Assembly: GCF_009914755.1 (NCBI RefSeq)
Contig: NC_060943.1
Origin: the human T2T-CHM13v2.0 reference genome, Homo sapiens
Length of the DNA stretch: 64,000 nt
Strand: one strand, 5' to 3'
This document shows, in pieces, positions 36,518-58,716 of this stretch. Made by a program: the position numbers and the translations under genes. The notes beneath the pieces were generated by a model. It saw only the letters and a program-made list of their open reading frames with translations. It was not told where the DNA came from and ran no database searches. How positions within the stretch are numbered: position 1 is the stretch's first letter; each line of letters opens with the position of its first letter.

Positions 36518-36560
36518 GTGTGTGTGTGTGTGTGTGTATACACACACACATATATATATA
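36518..36560. repeat. Compound (TG)n-TA-(CA)5-(TA)5 microsatellite
   Basis: Read directly from sequence. Confidence 0.95.
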
Positions 36561-37121
36561 AATGTATATGTGCATATTATTTATATCTGTACCCAGGCAG
36601 GAGGGGAAGACACTGGGGCCTTTGTGTAGCCGCTGCCCTCCTGCCCGCCACTCTTCTCCCTTCGTCCCTGCCGCCCGCCCACCTCCACTCCCCCTGCACA
36701 GAAAGGTTCCTGTGGGGCCTGCCAGCTTCCTCTGCCTGAGGTGTGAGTGGGCACGCCACGGGTGAGGCAGGCAGGAGGGCCTGGGGGATTTTTCCAGCCC
36801 CAGGAAGCTTTCCGGGTGGGGAGGGTTCTGGAAGGAATGGGAGTTCTCAGCAGGGCTGCTGTGGGTCTGTGTGGATCTGCTGTCCCTGAGTGTCCCCGGG
36901 CCCTGAGCTGGCCTCTCCCTGGGGGTCTCTGAGCCTGTTCGTCCATCTAGTTGCCATTCTGACGTTTTCTCTGTTGGTTTGGGGTCTCACTCACACATGC
37001 ACACACAGTCATCGGGCATTTGTGTTGGGCTCCGTGTTGAGAACACACAGATAAATGTCGGTCCCAGCGGGTTCTATGCCGTTTCTGTCTCATTTGCTCC
37101 ATCCCTTTACCCTCTGCTTGA

Positions 37122-37220
<99 letters not shown>

Positions 37221-37331
37221 TGAGGTCAGGAGTTCGAGACCAGCCTGGCCAACATGGTGAAATCCCGTCTCTACTAAAAATACAAAAATTAACCGGGTGT
37301 GATGGTGGGCGCCTGTAATCCCAGCTACTCA

Positions 37332-37460
<129 letters not shown>

Positions 37461-37700
37461 TCAAAGTCCTTATCACAGTGTACAGGTCCTCTTACTGCTC
37501 CCCCACCATCCCTCTGATTCAATTTCCTACTACTGTCCCCCAGCACTGGTCACCTGGTTGCTTCTGGGACAAACCAAGCAGGCTCCCACCTCAGGACCTT
37601 TGCAGGTGCTATTTACACAGATTTCTGCTGGCTTACTCCCTCCCCTCCTTCAGTTCTTAGTGTCACGTGCTCAGTGAGCTCTTCCCTACATCCCTTTCTA

Positions 37701-38487
<787 letters not shown>

Positions 38488-39479
38488 TGATCTGCCCGCC
38501 TTGGCCTCCCAAAGTGCTGGGATTACAGGCGTGAGCCACTGCGCCCGGCTGGCTGTCACATTTTATGGTCCTGTTTCCATCTCTTACCTGAATGCCAGCT
38601 CCATGAGAGCAGGGGCTGGATTCTGTTTCCTGCTCCATCCACATTATCTCCCCCAGTGCTTGTCACATGGTGGATGCTGAATAAACACTTGTTGAGGAAG
38701 AGAAGCAGTCCATTAATCTATCCATCCCTTAAGCTGACCCTGTGCTGGGTGATGCTGGGGACGCAGTGGTGATCAAGACAGCCCTGGCCTTGCCCTTTTG
38801 GGGCTCACAGTCTGCTTGCCAGACAGCAACACTCCAGAATGGACAGGGCTGGGATTGGGGGAGCACAGAGGGATATGTGGGGTGCAGAAATGGCAGCTGA
38901 TGCAGCCTGGGGGTCAGGCTTCTTGGAGGAGGTGCCTTGACTGGGGACTAAATGACCCAAACAGATCCAACCTTGCACTTCCTCCAGTTCCCTGCCTGTC
39001 TCACAGAACTTTCGAGTTTGATGATGTCATCACTCTAGTTCACACCTGTGCCTTTTCCTGATTTCAGTCTTTCTCATCTCTCCTTTTTTTTTCATCTCTT
39101 TATTGCCTTCTCTCTGCATCTCAGTCTCCCCTCTTTTGCATCTCTGTTGTTGGCAGCTCATCCGTACATCTCAGTCTCGCTCAACCCATCAGAATATTGT
39201 CCATTTCCTTTTCTTTTCTGTCTCTCCTTCTCTGTGTCTGCCTCATCTCTGAGGCTCTCTGGAGTCTCTCCCTGTCTCACTGGGTCTCCGGCTTCTGCGT
39301 CTCCTTGTCTCGTTCAGTGAGCTGGTCTCTGCATCTCTCCCTCCCCACCTCTGTTGTCTCCCATCATTCCCTGAGTGTCTCTCTGCGTTTCCCCTATCTC
39401 CAAGTCTCTCTACCTGCTTCCTGATTCCCAAATAAATCCAGAACCCCTCCACCCTGGCCCCACCCTGGCACTGGGGGAA

Positions 39480-40460
39480 GGGGGGCTGATCCAGCCCCCA
39501 CACCCACACAGGTCAGGCCTTCTGCTCTGTTAATGGTTAACTCAACCTCTATCTAGAATACACACCAGCCAGGCTGGGGGTGACTCCCCTGCCCCCCACC
39601 CACCTACCAGCTGTTCTTAAAGGACCAGGTGTCCTCCACAGCAATTTAGCTCCCGCTGGGACATAGGAGCCAGGTGTCTGGAGGCCTCCAGCTGTAAAGA
39701 TTTGGGGGTGGGGGAGATACCCGGCACTTGGGTCTGCAGAGCTGGGTCAGGGGAAGCCACAGGCTTGCCTGGGAGGGGAGCCCAGGCACAGGAGCTCCAT
39801 CCAGGTCTCTCTTGCCCCAGGCTTATCACCTGGTGTATTTAATCAGGGGTGGTTTTCCCAGCCCTGCCCTGAGCCCAGGCTGGCAGTGCCAGGGGTGGCA
39901 GAACACCTGAGAGCTGACGGCTGGGGGGTGGGGAAGGATGGGACCCCTCAGTCCAAGAACAGAGGGTCCTCCAGATGCGAAGGTTGAAGCCCTAGGATCC
40001 CTAATATCTGGGAGTTAGGACATGTAGGTATGCAAGTATGGGTGGGACCCCTGGGTAACCGAGCTGATGGGTCAGGACTTTAGGGGCCTCCAGATTCAGG
40101 TGATGGGAACCCTGGGTTCCCGAGGACATCTGGGGGCAAACTTGGATCCCAGAGCTGTCTGACAGTGCTGGGTGGTGGTTGGACAATCATTCCCTATCTC
40201 TCTGTCCATCCGCGGGCCTCTGAGCCCCGCATTCCCCCTTCCCGGAATCTCCACCTTAGCTTGGCCGGGGAGGCCGCAGGGGTGGGGGCTGGGCTCTTGG
40301 GGCCGCCCCCTCCCCTTAACCCCTGCTTTGCCGCAGCCCGCTCAGGCCCCGCCCCGTGACGCCAGCGAGCAGGAAGTCCTGGTTAATGATCAGCCACCCG
40401 GACAGGTGCGGGACAAGGCCGCGCACATCAGAAGCAGCCGCGGAGCGAGTGCCTTTCACT
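39480..40460. promoter_or_regulatory. Candidate HNF1-dependent FOXA3 3' enhancer region (about +18 kb)
   Basis: GTTAATGGTTAAC (39529-41) and GTTAATGATCAGC (40382-94) in repeat-free DNA. Confidence 0.6.
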
Positions 40461-41072
40461 CTGCTCTCTAGGGTGGCCGCCAAAGGGGCTTGTCTCCCAA
40501 GACGAGGGTGAGGAATCCAGCTGGGGCTTCCCAAACGTCCGCCTCTGGGGCACCGCCAGAGGCAAGAAGTAGCCAAGTTGTTTCTAGGCATCCTGTTAGT
40601 TTACCCCGTGGAGGTAAATTTCCTCTTTCCTCGGGCAGTCCCTCTAGCAGTCTACCCTAAATTCTCCCTTCTACCCGGCAAGAACCCACTGCCCATGTCT
40701 TCTAGGAAGCCTCCCGCTGCCTCTTTCCCCTCCCCACGTAGGCGCTGAGTCCTCCACCTTCCAGGTAGAGATAGGGGATGGGTCAGCTACAGAAGGGTAA
40801 TCTACTCCCAAGCCTGTCTGTGGCTCCCCTGCAGGAGCCATCCCCTCTCTGAGCCTTAGTACTTTTATCTGGAAAACGGGCCGATGGCTGAAACGTGACC
40901 AGTGGGTCGCACTTGTTGAAGGTCGGCCGGCGGGACCGCCTGGGTGCAGGGCGCCACCTGGAGGCTACCGCGCAACGTCCTCGCCCTCGCAGGACCAGTT
41001 CAGTCCCAAAGGGGGCGCAGCATCTCACACAACTAAGGGACCAAGAAGGAAAAAAAAAAACCCATCTTTCGG

Positions 41073-41078
41073 TTTATT
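41073..41078 (-). terminator. IRF2BP1: IRF2BP1 polyadenylation signal AATAAA
   Basis: TTTATT on plus, about 385 nt after the stop; U-rich tract just downstream on the minus strand. Confidence 0.85.
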
Positions 41079-41461
41079 GAAGGAGCAGAAGGGAGCGGGG
41101 GGTGGGGGGGTGGGAATTAAATGCTTTTGCCTCGTTTATAAAGAGCGAGTTTTCAGGAGGTCCCTTCTCAAGGAGGAGGGGGGCACCTCTCCCCCAACTA
41201 CAAGCAGCAGCAAAGCCAAGCCAAGGAGGACAGAGGGAAACTGGAGGGGCCAAGGGACCCCAAACACCCCCTCGGACAGGAGCCACAAGCTTTCTCCCCC
41301 CACCCACAATGCATCTACCCCAGGGGACCCATCTGGGTGGAAGAAGGGAGTATGTACACAGATAGAGGTGGCACTGGGCTGGGTCGGGGAGGGAATAATT
41401 TATCCGCGGCAGCGGTGGGTGGCAAAGGGGCAGAGGGCAGTAGCCTGGAGGCAGTGGTAGC

Positions 41462-43216
41462 CTAGGGGTCCCGTTCTTTCTTAACTTTGATGTCTCCAGC
41501 AAGGATGGTGGCGATCTCGCCCTGCATGAAGGCCCAGGGCACGGAGGAGCCGACCAGCGGGCACTTGTCTCCGCTCGGGCAGTACACCTCCCCGGCCGGG
41601 CCCTGCGCCTTGATGAACTCCCGGGAGCAGGGAAAGCAGAACTTGTGTCCGGGCACCGAGGGGCACTGGACGAAGTGGGTGTCTTCCAGCCGCTCCCTGC
41701 ACAGGGTACAGCACAGGGGGGCCCCAGGGGTCGCCCCAGTGCCGCTGCCACCCCCGCTGACAGCTTCGGCCCCCGCTGTGGGACTGACTTCTGCTTCGCC
41801 GTTGCGGGCCACAAGGCGATGCTGGGTTGGCGGCTGGGCCGTGGAGGAGGCTGCAGGGCTGGCGCCCCCTGCACGCACAGGCCCCCCGCCTCCGCCAGGG
41901 TCCTTGGGTGAGTGGCCCAGGGCTTCGGCCACATTCTTCAGGGCGGCAATGGGCGAGGGCACACCAGGGGTCTCAGCGGAGTACGGGCCGCCGGGTGCCA
42001 CCCAGTGCCGTTGCTGCTGCTCCTCGGTGGTCATCTTCCCAGCCGCCTCGCCCTCCGGCTCGGGGGATGCCTTGCGACGGCGCGGCGTGGGCGCCAGGTT
42101 CCGGGATGGGGCTCGCGGGGGTGGGCCACAGAGAGCCGCAGGGGCCGGCTCTGGGTACTGCTGGGGCAGGGCCTCCGCGGGAGCTGGCTCGCGGAAGCTG
42201 CGGACGCCGTCGGTAAGCAGCTCGCCCAGCTGCCGCCATTCTCCTGATCCATGCCGGCGTTCATATTCGAGGTACTTGAAGCCCGAAGAAGCCAGTGCCT
42301 TGCCCGGCTCCCGCAGAGCATCGTGGAACATCTGGCGAGCCACTGCCAGGACGCCGGCGTACACATTGCCGGAACCACAGGGGTATTCGGTGAAGAGCTT
42401 CAGCTCGAACTCGTATCCTGGAGGACGGGCAGTAGCATCGAAGGCGAACACTCGCCCCACCAGCCCGTGATCCTTCTTGAAGCGCACATTGAACGGGGCG
42501 CAGGCGGACAGCGCCAGTAGCTGTTCCCGCACTGCTTTGGGGCGCCCGTGCCATTCCTCTGCCCGGCCTCGCATGGCCTCGTTCAGTTCTGCCAGACAGT
42601 CCGCATTCCTCTGCTGCTTCTCTTTCTCGAAATCGGAGCCGAAGAGGGGACGGGCAGGACTCAAGCCGGGTGCCAGCGTCAGGCCTCGGCTTCCCAGGCC
42701 AGACACTGCAGCTGCCAGCAGCCCAGGGGGCATCAAGCCAGGCATGGAGCCAAGCAAGGCCCTTCGCGCCCCCTCAGCCACGGCCTCCTCACGGCCCAGC
42801 CCATTGGCCAGGCGGGACCCCAGAGTGTACTCCAGGGCGGGCGAGGGCAGGGGGAGGCGGCCTGATGATGTGGCCCTGTCATAGCGGTCCTGGCCCGACA
42901 CGCCGCCGCCGGTCCCTGACGGCTGGGGCTGGGCCTGCGGGGGCGGCAGCTGGGGCCCCTGTGCGGCTGCCGCCGCCAGGTCCTTGGTGGCCGGGTGCTT
43001 AAGGGCCGGGGGCCCGGGCGAGCGGCCCTCGGGGAGCACGTGGCTGCGCTTGAGCTGGCGGGCGGCATCGATGAGCAGTTCGATGCGGTCCGCGCCCTCG
43101 AAGTTCACGCAGCCGCGACACACGGCCTCGCTGAAGTCCCACACCATGGCCCACGGCATCTTGGGCAGGTCGCACAGGTAGCACCACTGGCGGCGGGACG
43201 CCTGCACAGACGCCAT
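41462..43216 (-). CDS. IRF2BP1: Interferon regulatory factor 2-binding protein 1, intronless, 584 aa
   Basis: GGGGCCATGG Kozak; N-terminal C4 zinc finger (RRQWCYLCDLPKMPW...CRGCVN) and C-terminal C3HC4 RING (CTLCRERLEDTHFVQC...HKFCFPC...C). Confidence 0.99.
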   Translation of the reverse strand: MASVQASRRQWCYLCDLPKMPWAMVWDFSEAVCRGCVNFEGADRIELLIDAARQLKRSHVLPEGRSPGPPALKHPATKDLAAAAAQGPQLPPPQAQPQPSGTGGGVSGQDRYDRATSSGRLPLPSPALEYTLGSRLANGLGREEAVAEGARRALLGSMPGLMPPGLLAAAVSGLGSRGLTLAPGLSPARPLFGSDFEKEKQQRNADCLAELNEAMRGRAEEWHGRPKAVREQLLALSACAPFNVRFKKDHGLVGRVFAFDATARPPGYEFELKLFTEYPCGSGNVYAGVLAVARQMFHDALREPGKALASSGFKYLEYERRHGSGEWRQLGELLTDGVRSFREPAPAEALPQQYPEPAPAALCGPPPRAPSRNLAPTPRRRKASPEPEGEAAGKMTTEEQQQRHWVAPGGPYSAETPGVPSPIAALKNVAEALGHSPKDPGGGGGPVRAGGASPAASSTAQPPTQHRLVARNGEAEVSPTAGAEAVSGGGSGTGATPGAPLCCTLCRERLEDTHFVQCPSVPGHKFCFPCSREFIKAQGPAGEVYCPSGDKCPLVGSSVPWAFMQGEIATILAGDIKVKKERDP

Positions 43217-43599
43217 GGCCCCAGTCCGCGCGCCGCCCAGCTCCCGCGTTCCACCGGCCGCCGACGTGCGATCCGCGCCGCCAACGTTCGATCCGCGTCC
43301 CGGGGACAGCGCGAGCCACGGTCCGGCCTCCGGCTCGGCCTCCCCGCCGGATCCAGGCCCGGCCCCCCTTCCCCGCCCCCTGGGCCCTAAGCCTTTCTGC
43401 TCACTCCCGCCTCCCTCGCGAAGGCAGGCTGAGGCACGTCGGCGCCCCCGCCCGGTCCGGGCTCCGAGCCGAGGCGCACAGCTCGGGCCCCACGATGGGC
43501 CGCGAGCGCCGCCGCCTCGGGCTCCCGCCGCTCTCGCCGCCGCCGCTGCAACGGCCGCCGCCGCCTCCACCTCCTTCTTCTGCCCCAGAGGCCGCTTCG

Positions 43600-44450
43600 C
43601 AGGGAAAGTTACATAACACGCCTGCAAAGCCTTCTGGGAAACGTAGTCCCGCCGGGGCCGGCTCTTAAAGGGAACGGCGGGCAGACGCGGGCTGGGGGGT
43701 TGTCGCCTCTCCCCGCGCAAACCTTACAACCTTCTCCGTGGGGCCGGAGTTCAGCGCGCCGCAAGATGCTGGGACACAAAGGTGGGAGGCGAGGATGCAA
43801 TACAAATGATCAGAGCTACTCCGGATTCAGAAATTGTGGGGGTGGGTGGACAGGCTTCCAGGCTTCCAACTTCTGCTCGGATTTGCTGTGCAGCTTTAGG
43901 CAAAATGTCTTGCCCTTTCTGAACCTCAGTTTCCCCGCCCAGCAAAGGTGGGCCAATGACGGATTAGGAAAGTAGCAGCTTCTGGGGCGGGGCGGAGAAG
44001 CCCTGATTGGCTTCAGAGGAGGGACGGGAAGCTGGCAACTAGGTGGGGGTGGGGGTGGCCACTTGGCACTTCGTCCTCCCCCCGGAATCCTAGATATATG
44101 CTTCTGGGGCCCGCCACAGCCAGAGAAGGGAGAGGACTAAGGGCTTCCGAGCCAGAGCCTTGTCTCAGTTGTTTCTCTGCTAAAAGAGTGGGGCGACTGG
44201 CCGCCCTCTAACCCTGTCCCAGCTCTGCCCGCGCGCTCTGGTCTCTAAAGGGTTACACCATCGGGGGCTCGGCGTCCCCCAGCCGCTTCACTACAATTCC
44301 CAAAATGCACTGCGGGTCGGACATAGTGACGCACTTCCGCCCTCTGGGAGGTTTGGGGAGGCCTTCCAGATTCACGCTACTTTCCCGGCTACCCCCCCGC
44401 CCCCCCACTTTTCTGGGGGCTCTTTACGTGCATTCGGAGCGTGGCGTTTG
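43600..44450. promoter_or_regulatory. IRF2BP1: IRF2BP1 CpG-island promoter region
   Basis: SBS motif (minus, 43629-43650), two CCAAT boxes (~43953, ~44006), GC box (~43985), second SBS (plus, 44290-44309), CRE-half/ETS (44326-39). Confidence 0.8.
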
Positions 44451-45625
44451 GGGGACCCTTATCCTCTGTTGCTCCCCAGTTTGAGGGAAGAGTAAGGGGT
44501 TAAGAAGTGACGGGCAAGAGGAGGGAGTTGCTGGGGAAGGGCAAACACCAGACCAACCTTTCCCCAACCTTGAGCGCTCACTACCTGGAAGGCCCAATCA
44601 GGCTGTGAGGACCCTTCTTCTTTCCCAGGCATTGGGAACTGGACGAGGCTGTCTTTGGGGAAGGGCGGAGGCGGGTCTCCAGGTTCCAACCCACAACAGC
44701 CCCTTTCTCTAGGCCTGGGTCCGTGTTAGGTGCTCAAAAATATTTGAATGACGTACCAGTTGGCCCTGGTTTTGTCTAGTGAGGGGCTGCTTGTCCCTTC
44801 TCCTCCCGTCCCACTGGAACCGCAGCAGCTCTGATTCTGTTACCCAGACCTCACAATTTTAAAATGGTTTCACAATTTTGTCTACTACCTGTATTTGAAC
44901 ACTTTTCTCCCTTAAAAAAAAGATTTATCAGGCTGAAGTGGGAGGATTGCTTGAGCCTGGAGATAACAGGCTACAGTGAACCATGATTGCGTCACTGCAC
45001 TCCAGCCTGGGCAACAGAGCAAGATCCTGTCTCAAAAAAATAAATAAAAATAAAAAGATTTATCTATTTTTGCCTCATCCTAGGTAATACGTTCACAATC
45101 ATGGGTTTCATGTACTGTGGTTACCTTAAAAAAAATTAGTGAAAACTATCGACTCATTCAAGAGGACATTAATATGTCACTTAAAGTTGCCTTTGGGCTA
45201 TTATTTACGAAACACTAATGGGAGTTAAGGCTTCTGGCCAGATTCAGCCTTCAGGTGGACTGGATTGGCCTCTGACCAGCTGTGGCCTTCGGCCAGTTTC
45301 TAAACTTCTTGGAAAAAATGGAGACCCCCTCCAGTCTCCTTTTATTTGGGTACCTTCAGATTGAATGCAAACATGCATATAAATGCTTAGCTTGGTGCCT
45401 GGCACAGAAAATAAGTGCCACAAATGGAAGTTGTTTTTAAGCTGGACAGTTATTCAAATATTCAACCCCTCTTCCATGCTGGGCAATGCTGGGGACATAG
45501 CAGTGACTGAGACAGGCTTTAAGCCTTGCCCCTGAGAAGCCCCAGCCTGGTGATGGAGGCAGATAGTAAATTTACTCAAATGATGAACTAAAATTTGTGA
45601 TGACTGCGGTGGGGAATGTGTGTCA

Positions 45626-47190
<1,565 letters not shown>

Positions 47191-47481
47191 AGAACCACAG
47201 GACACTGAAAGAGACTCTAAGAGGCAAACCCACGTTAGCCTTGGGGAAGGAATCTAGGACTTTCTCCTGGAGTTGACATTTAGACTGGTATCTAAAGGAA
47301 GAGTAGGAATAAGATTTCATGTAAACACAAGACTTGATGGCTTTAAGAATTAAAAAAAAAAAAAAGCTGGAAAACCACCAGCCTCCCAATTGCCTGCCTG
47401 TGGAGGGGGCGGGGCAGGTGTAGGTGCTGGTCCCCCAGGCCTGTCTCAGACAGAGCCTCAAGTAATTGTATTAAAAATAAG

Positions 47482-47487
47482 TTTATT
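47482..47487 (-). terminator. MYPOP: MYPOP polyadenylation signal AATAAA
   Basis: TTTATT on plus, about 580 nt after the stop. Confidence 0.8.
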
Positions 47488-48065
47488 GATATCTTGTCAC
47501 CACTGGGAGAAAGGAGGGGGTTGAGCTCTGGAAGTCAGAGACAGCAATGGTAGGCAGAGAACCCAACCTGTACCTCTCCCATCAGAACTCGGCGCCTCCT
47601 CTCCCTGGGGTATACACGGCTATATCCTCTTTGTCATCCGTATTTTGATTTGTCTTACAACTCCCACCCGCTCCAAAGTCTGGGTTGGGGAGGTGGGGAG
47701 TCCCCCACGGGTCAATTCTCTTCAAGTCAAGAACAGGAACTGTTAGGGAAGGGGAGATGTGCAGACCCGAGAGGTTCCCTCCCCACCCCACATAGGGCAA
47801 TAATAAATAACATGAAATTGATGGCTTAGAAGTCAGGGTTAAGGGAGGCAGCCAGGCAGACAGCACTGTACCAGAGAAAGGGGTTGGGGGGGCCCATTAC
47901 TGAGGCCCCCCCCAGAGAATCAGGCACTAACTAGCACAGGGAGTGGGTGCTCACATCCCTGGAGCAGGGAGCTAGGGTGCAGCTGGGATGGGCAGAGAGC
48001 ATCGCCCCCCTCGACTGCGCCAAGCTGGGGAGAGGGGTTGCAGGCAGGATCATAGATAGTAGATT

Positions 48066-48766
48066 TCACGGAGATTTCCATCGGCCGCGCCTTTTCCGTG
48101 TAGGGAAACCTTTTCTCCGCTTGTGTGGGGGGGAGTCGTGCGGAGGGAGCGGGGCTGGGGGGGGCCGGGGTGCCCCCTCCTCGCTCCTTGGGGCAATGAT
48201 CACTCCCCTGGCTGCCACCACTGCCCCGTCCACCACAGCAGCCACCACGGACACGGGCTCTGGGGTGATCTCCACCTTGGGGGCCGGTGGGGGCAGGACA
48301 GGCCTGGGAGGTGGCGGTGGGGGTGGGGGTGGGGGCAGAGGTGGAGGCAGGGAGTCAACTGGGGTTCCTGGCAGAAGGGGCAGCAGAGCGCTGAGGGCCT
48401 CGCTCAGTTTGGCCAGTCCCTGTCGAAGGGTGCCGGCCAGCTCCCGGATGGCGTTGGCAGTCTCCTGCTGGGCCCGCAGGAAGTCCAGGGAGGGGTCTGA
48501 GGCCGAGAGCGTGGGTGGAGGCCGAGGAGGGGGTGGGGGGCTAGGGGGTGAGGGTGCCACTTGGGCCAGTGGCGGTGGGGGTGGCAGTGGAGGGGCTGGG
48601 GGTGGTGGAGACAAGGCCAGGCGAGGCAGCTGGACCGGCTGCAGGGCCGAAGGGGGTGGTGACTCACGCTCCTTGGGCCGTGGGCAGCCCCCTTCCTGGG
48701 GAGTGCAGGAGGGCCGGGCCCATGGCTCCGGGCTGCTGGAGCCCGCCTTGCTGTGGGCTGATGTAT
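48066..48766 (-). CDS. MYPOP: MYPOP exon 3 coding part (proline-rich region, basic C-terminus); total protein 399 aa
   Basis: TTTCTCTCTCTACAG acceptor; phase 1 (D)TSAHSKAGSSSPEPW...poly-Pro...HKRRKGFPTRKRRGRWKSP*; 499+701 = 1200 nt. Confidence 0.97.
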
Positions 48767-48899
48767 CTGTAGAGAGAGAAATACAGGTAAGGGGTGAGCG
48801 ACCCTCGATGCTGCCTTGATTTCCCCTTTCCCACTCCTTCCCTCACCTCCCCCCTACCCGAACCCAGAACTATCCTTCTCACCCCCGCCCCCCAGCCCC

Positions 48900-57310
<8,411 letters not shown>

Positions 57311-58716
57311 TAAGTCCAAATTCCTGACCTTGACTTCCAAGCCACGTGTAATCTAATTCTGGCACACTCATTAACTCCTGGTCAATATTAACTCTTGTTA
57401 TTGCTGGGCAATCTTGCTCAGTGGTTAAGTGCCATGGACTGGGGGTTGGACGCACACTTATGCTTGAGTCCTGACTCTGTCACTTACTTGCTGTGTGACC
57501 TTGGGTGGGTGAATGAACCTCTCTGAATCACATAATCTTGAACTGTCTTGTTTGATCGTGCCCATGTTCCTCCCCTTCTCCAAACTCTTCAGTGGCTACT
57601 CATAGCAGTCAGGATAAAATCCAAACTCCTCACCTTGGCCTAAAGGCCCAGTATGGTCTGGCCTTTGCTGACCTCTCTGAACTCATCTCAAAATGTTACT
57701 TTTCTTCAACCTTTCCACTCTACACTCTTTTCCCCGCAACTTCTTTTAGTTTCCCAAACTGGCCAAGCTTTCTTGCCTCCAAGCCATTGTACATGCTGTT
57801 CCCTCTACCAAAAATACTTTCCCAGTTCTTCATTCTTACTCTTTGCATCTCAGCTCTGATGTCCCCTCCTCCAGGAAGCCCTCCTGGACCACCCCCCCCC
57901 CCACCGAAATCAGAAACCCTCTCTGGGCTCCCACAGTCCCTGGGATCCCCTACCCCAGCCCTGCTCCCTCAAGTCATCACCGTCTTCCCCACCCCCCTAC
58001 TAGACTGGCTCAGTCATCCATGTGTCCCCAACCTCATCGAGCATGGGGCAGGTGCTCAGGGAACGGCTGTAGAAGAAATAATCCAGAATCAAGGCTAGGC
58101 AGGAAGTTTCTGTAGTCAGCTCTCCACACCTCTATCCAAGGCATGACCTTGGGAAAATTACCAAACATGTCTGAGTCTTTTATTTATGAAATAGTGAAAT
58201 AGTATGCATCTTACCGCATTGATGATTCTATCAAGAACTAACAATGAGAGTTGAGGAGGTGCTGAACTAAGCAACTTACCCATATTAGCTCATTTAATCT
58301 TCACAGCAACGCTTTGAGGTGCAGACTATTTTTATCTCCATTTTACAGATGCAGCAACTGAAGTACAGTAACTTACTCAGATGACACAGTTCAGTGGCAA
58401 AGTTGTGATCGGAGCCCAGGCAGCCTGCCTCCAGAGTCACTACTCGACACTGCATTTAATGAAATCCTGCCTGTGCTGATGACCCCAGGTGTGGACCTGA
58501 GTCAGGCCTCCTAAATCTGGTTCCATTCCTGGCTCTTGACAGTTACTAGCTATCGGAACTGAGGCAAGTCATTTCATTTTTCTGAGCTTCAGTTTCCCTA
58601 GCTATAAAATGAGGCGAAGGACAGCATCCACCTCACAGGGCTGCAGCAAGGCTTTGATGAGACATGTAAAAGGCTTGCAACAGCGCAGGCACACAGCCTA
58701 CTCTGAAGACACTCAC

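Noticed and set aside
41487-42470. 327-aa plus-strand ORF
   Set aside because: Antisense shadow of the GC-rich IRF2BP1 CDS, with no recognisable domain
41462-43720. 752-aa ORF as the IRF2BP1 protein
   Set aside because: It starts at a non-ATG codon probably upstream of the TSS; family homology and a strong Kozak begin at 43216 (584 aa). The extension is kept only as a hypothesis.
47947-48819. 290-aa Gly-rich plus-strand ORF
   Set aside because: Antisense mirror of MYPOP poly-proline codons
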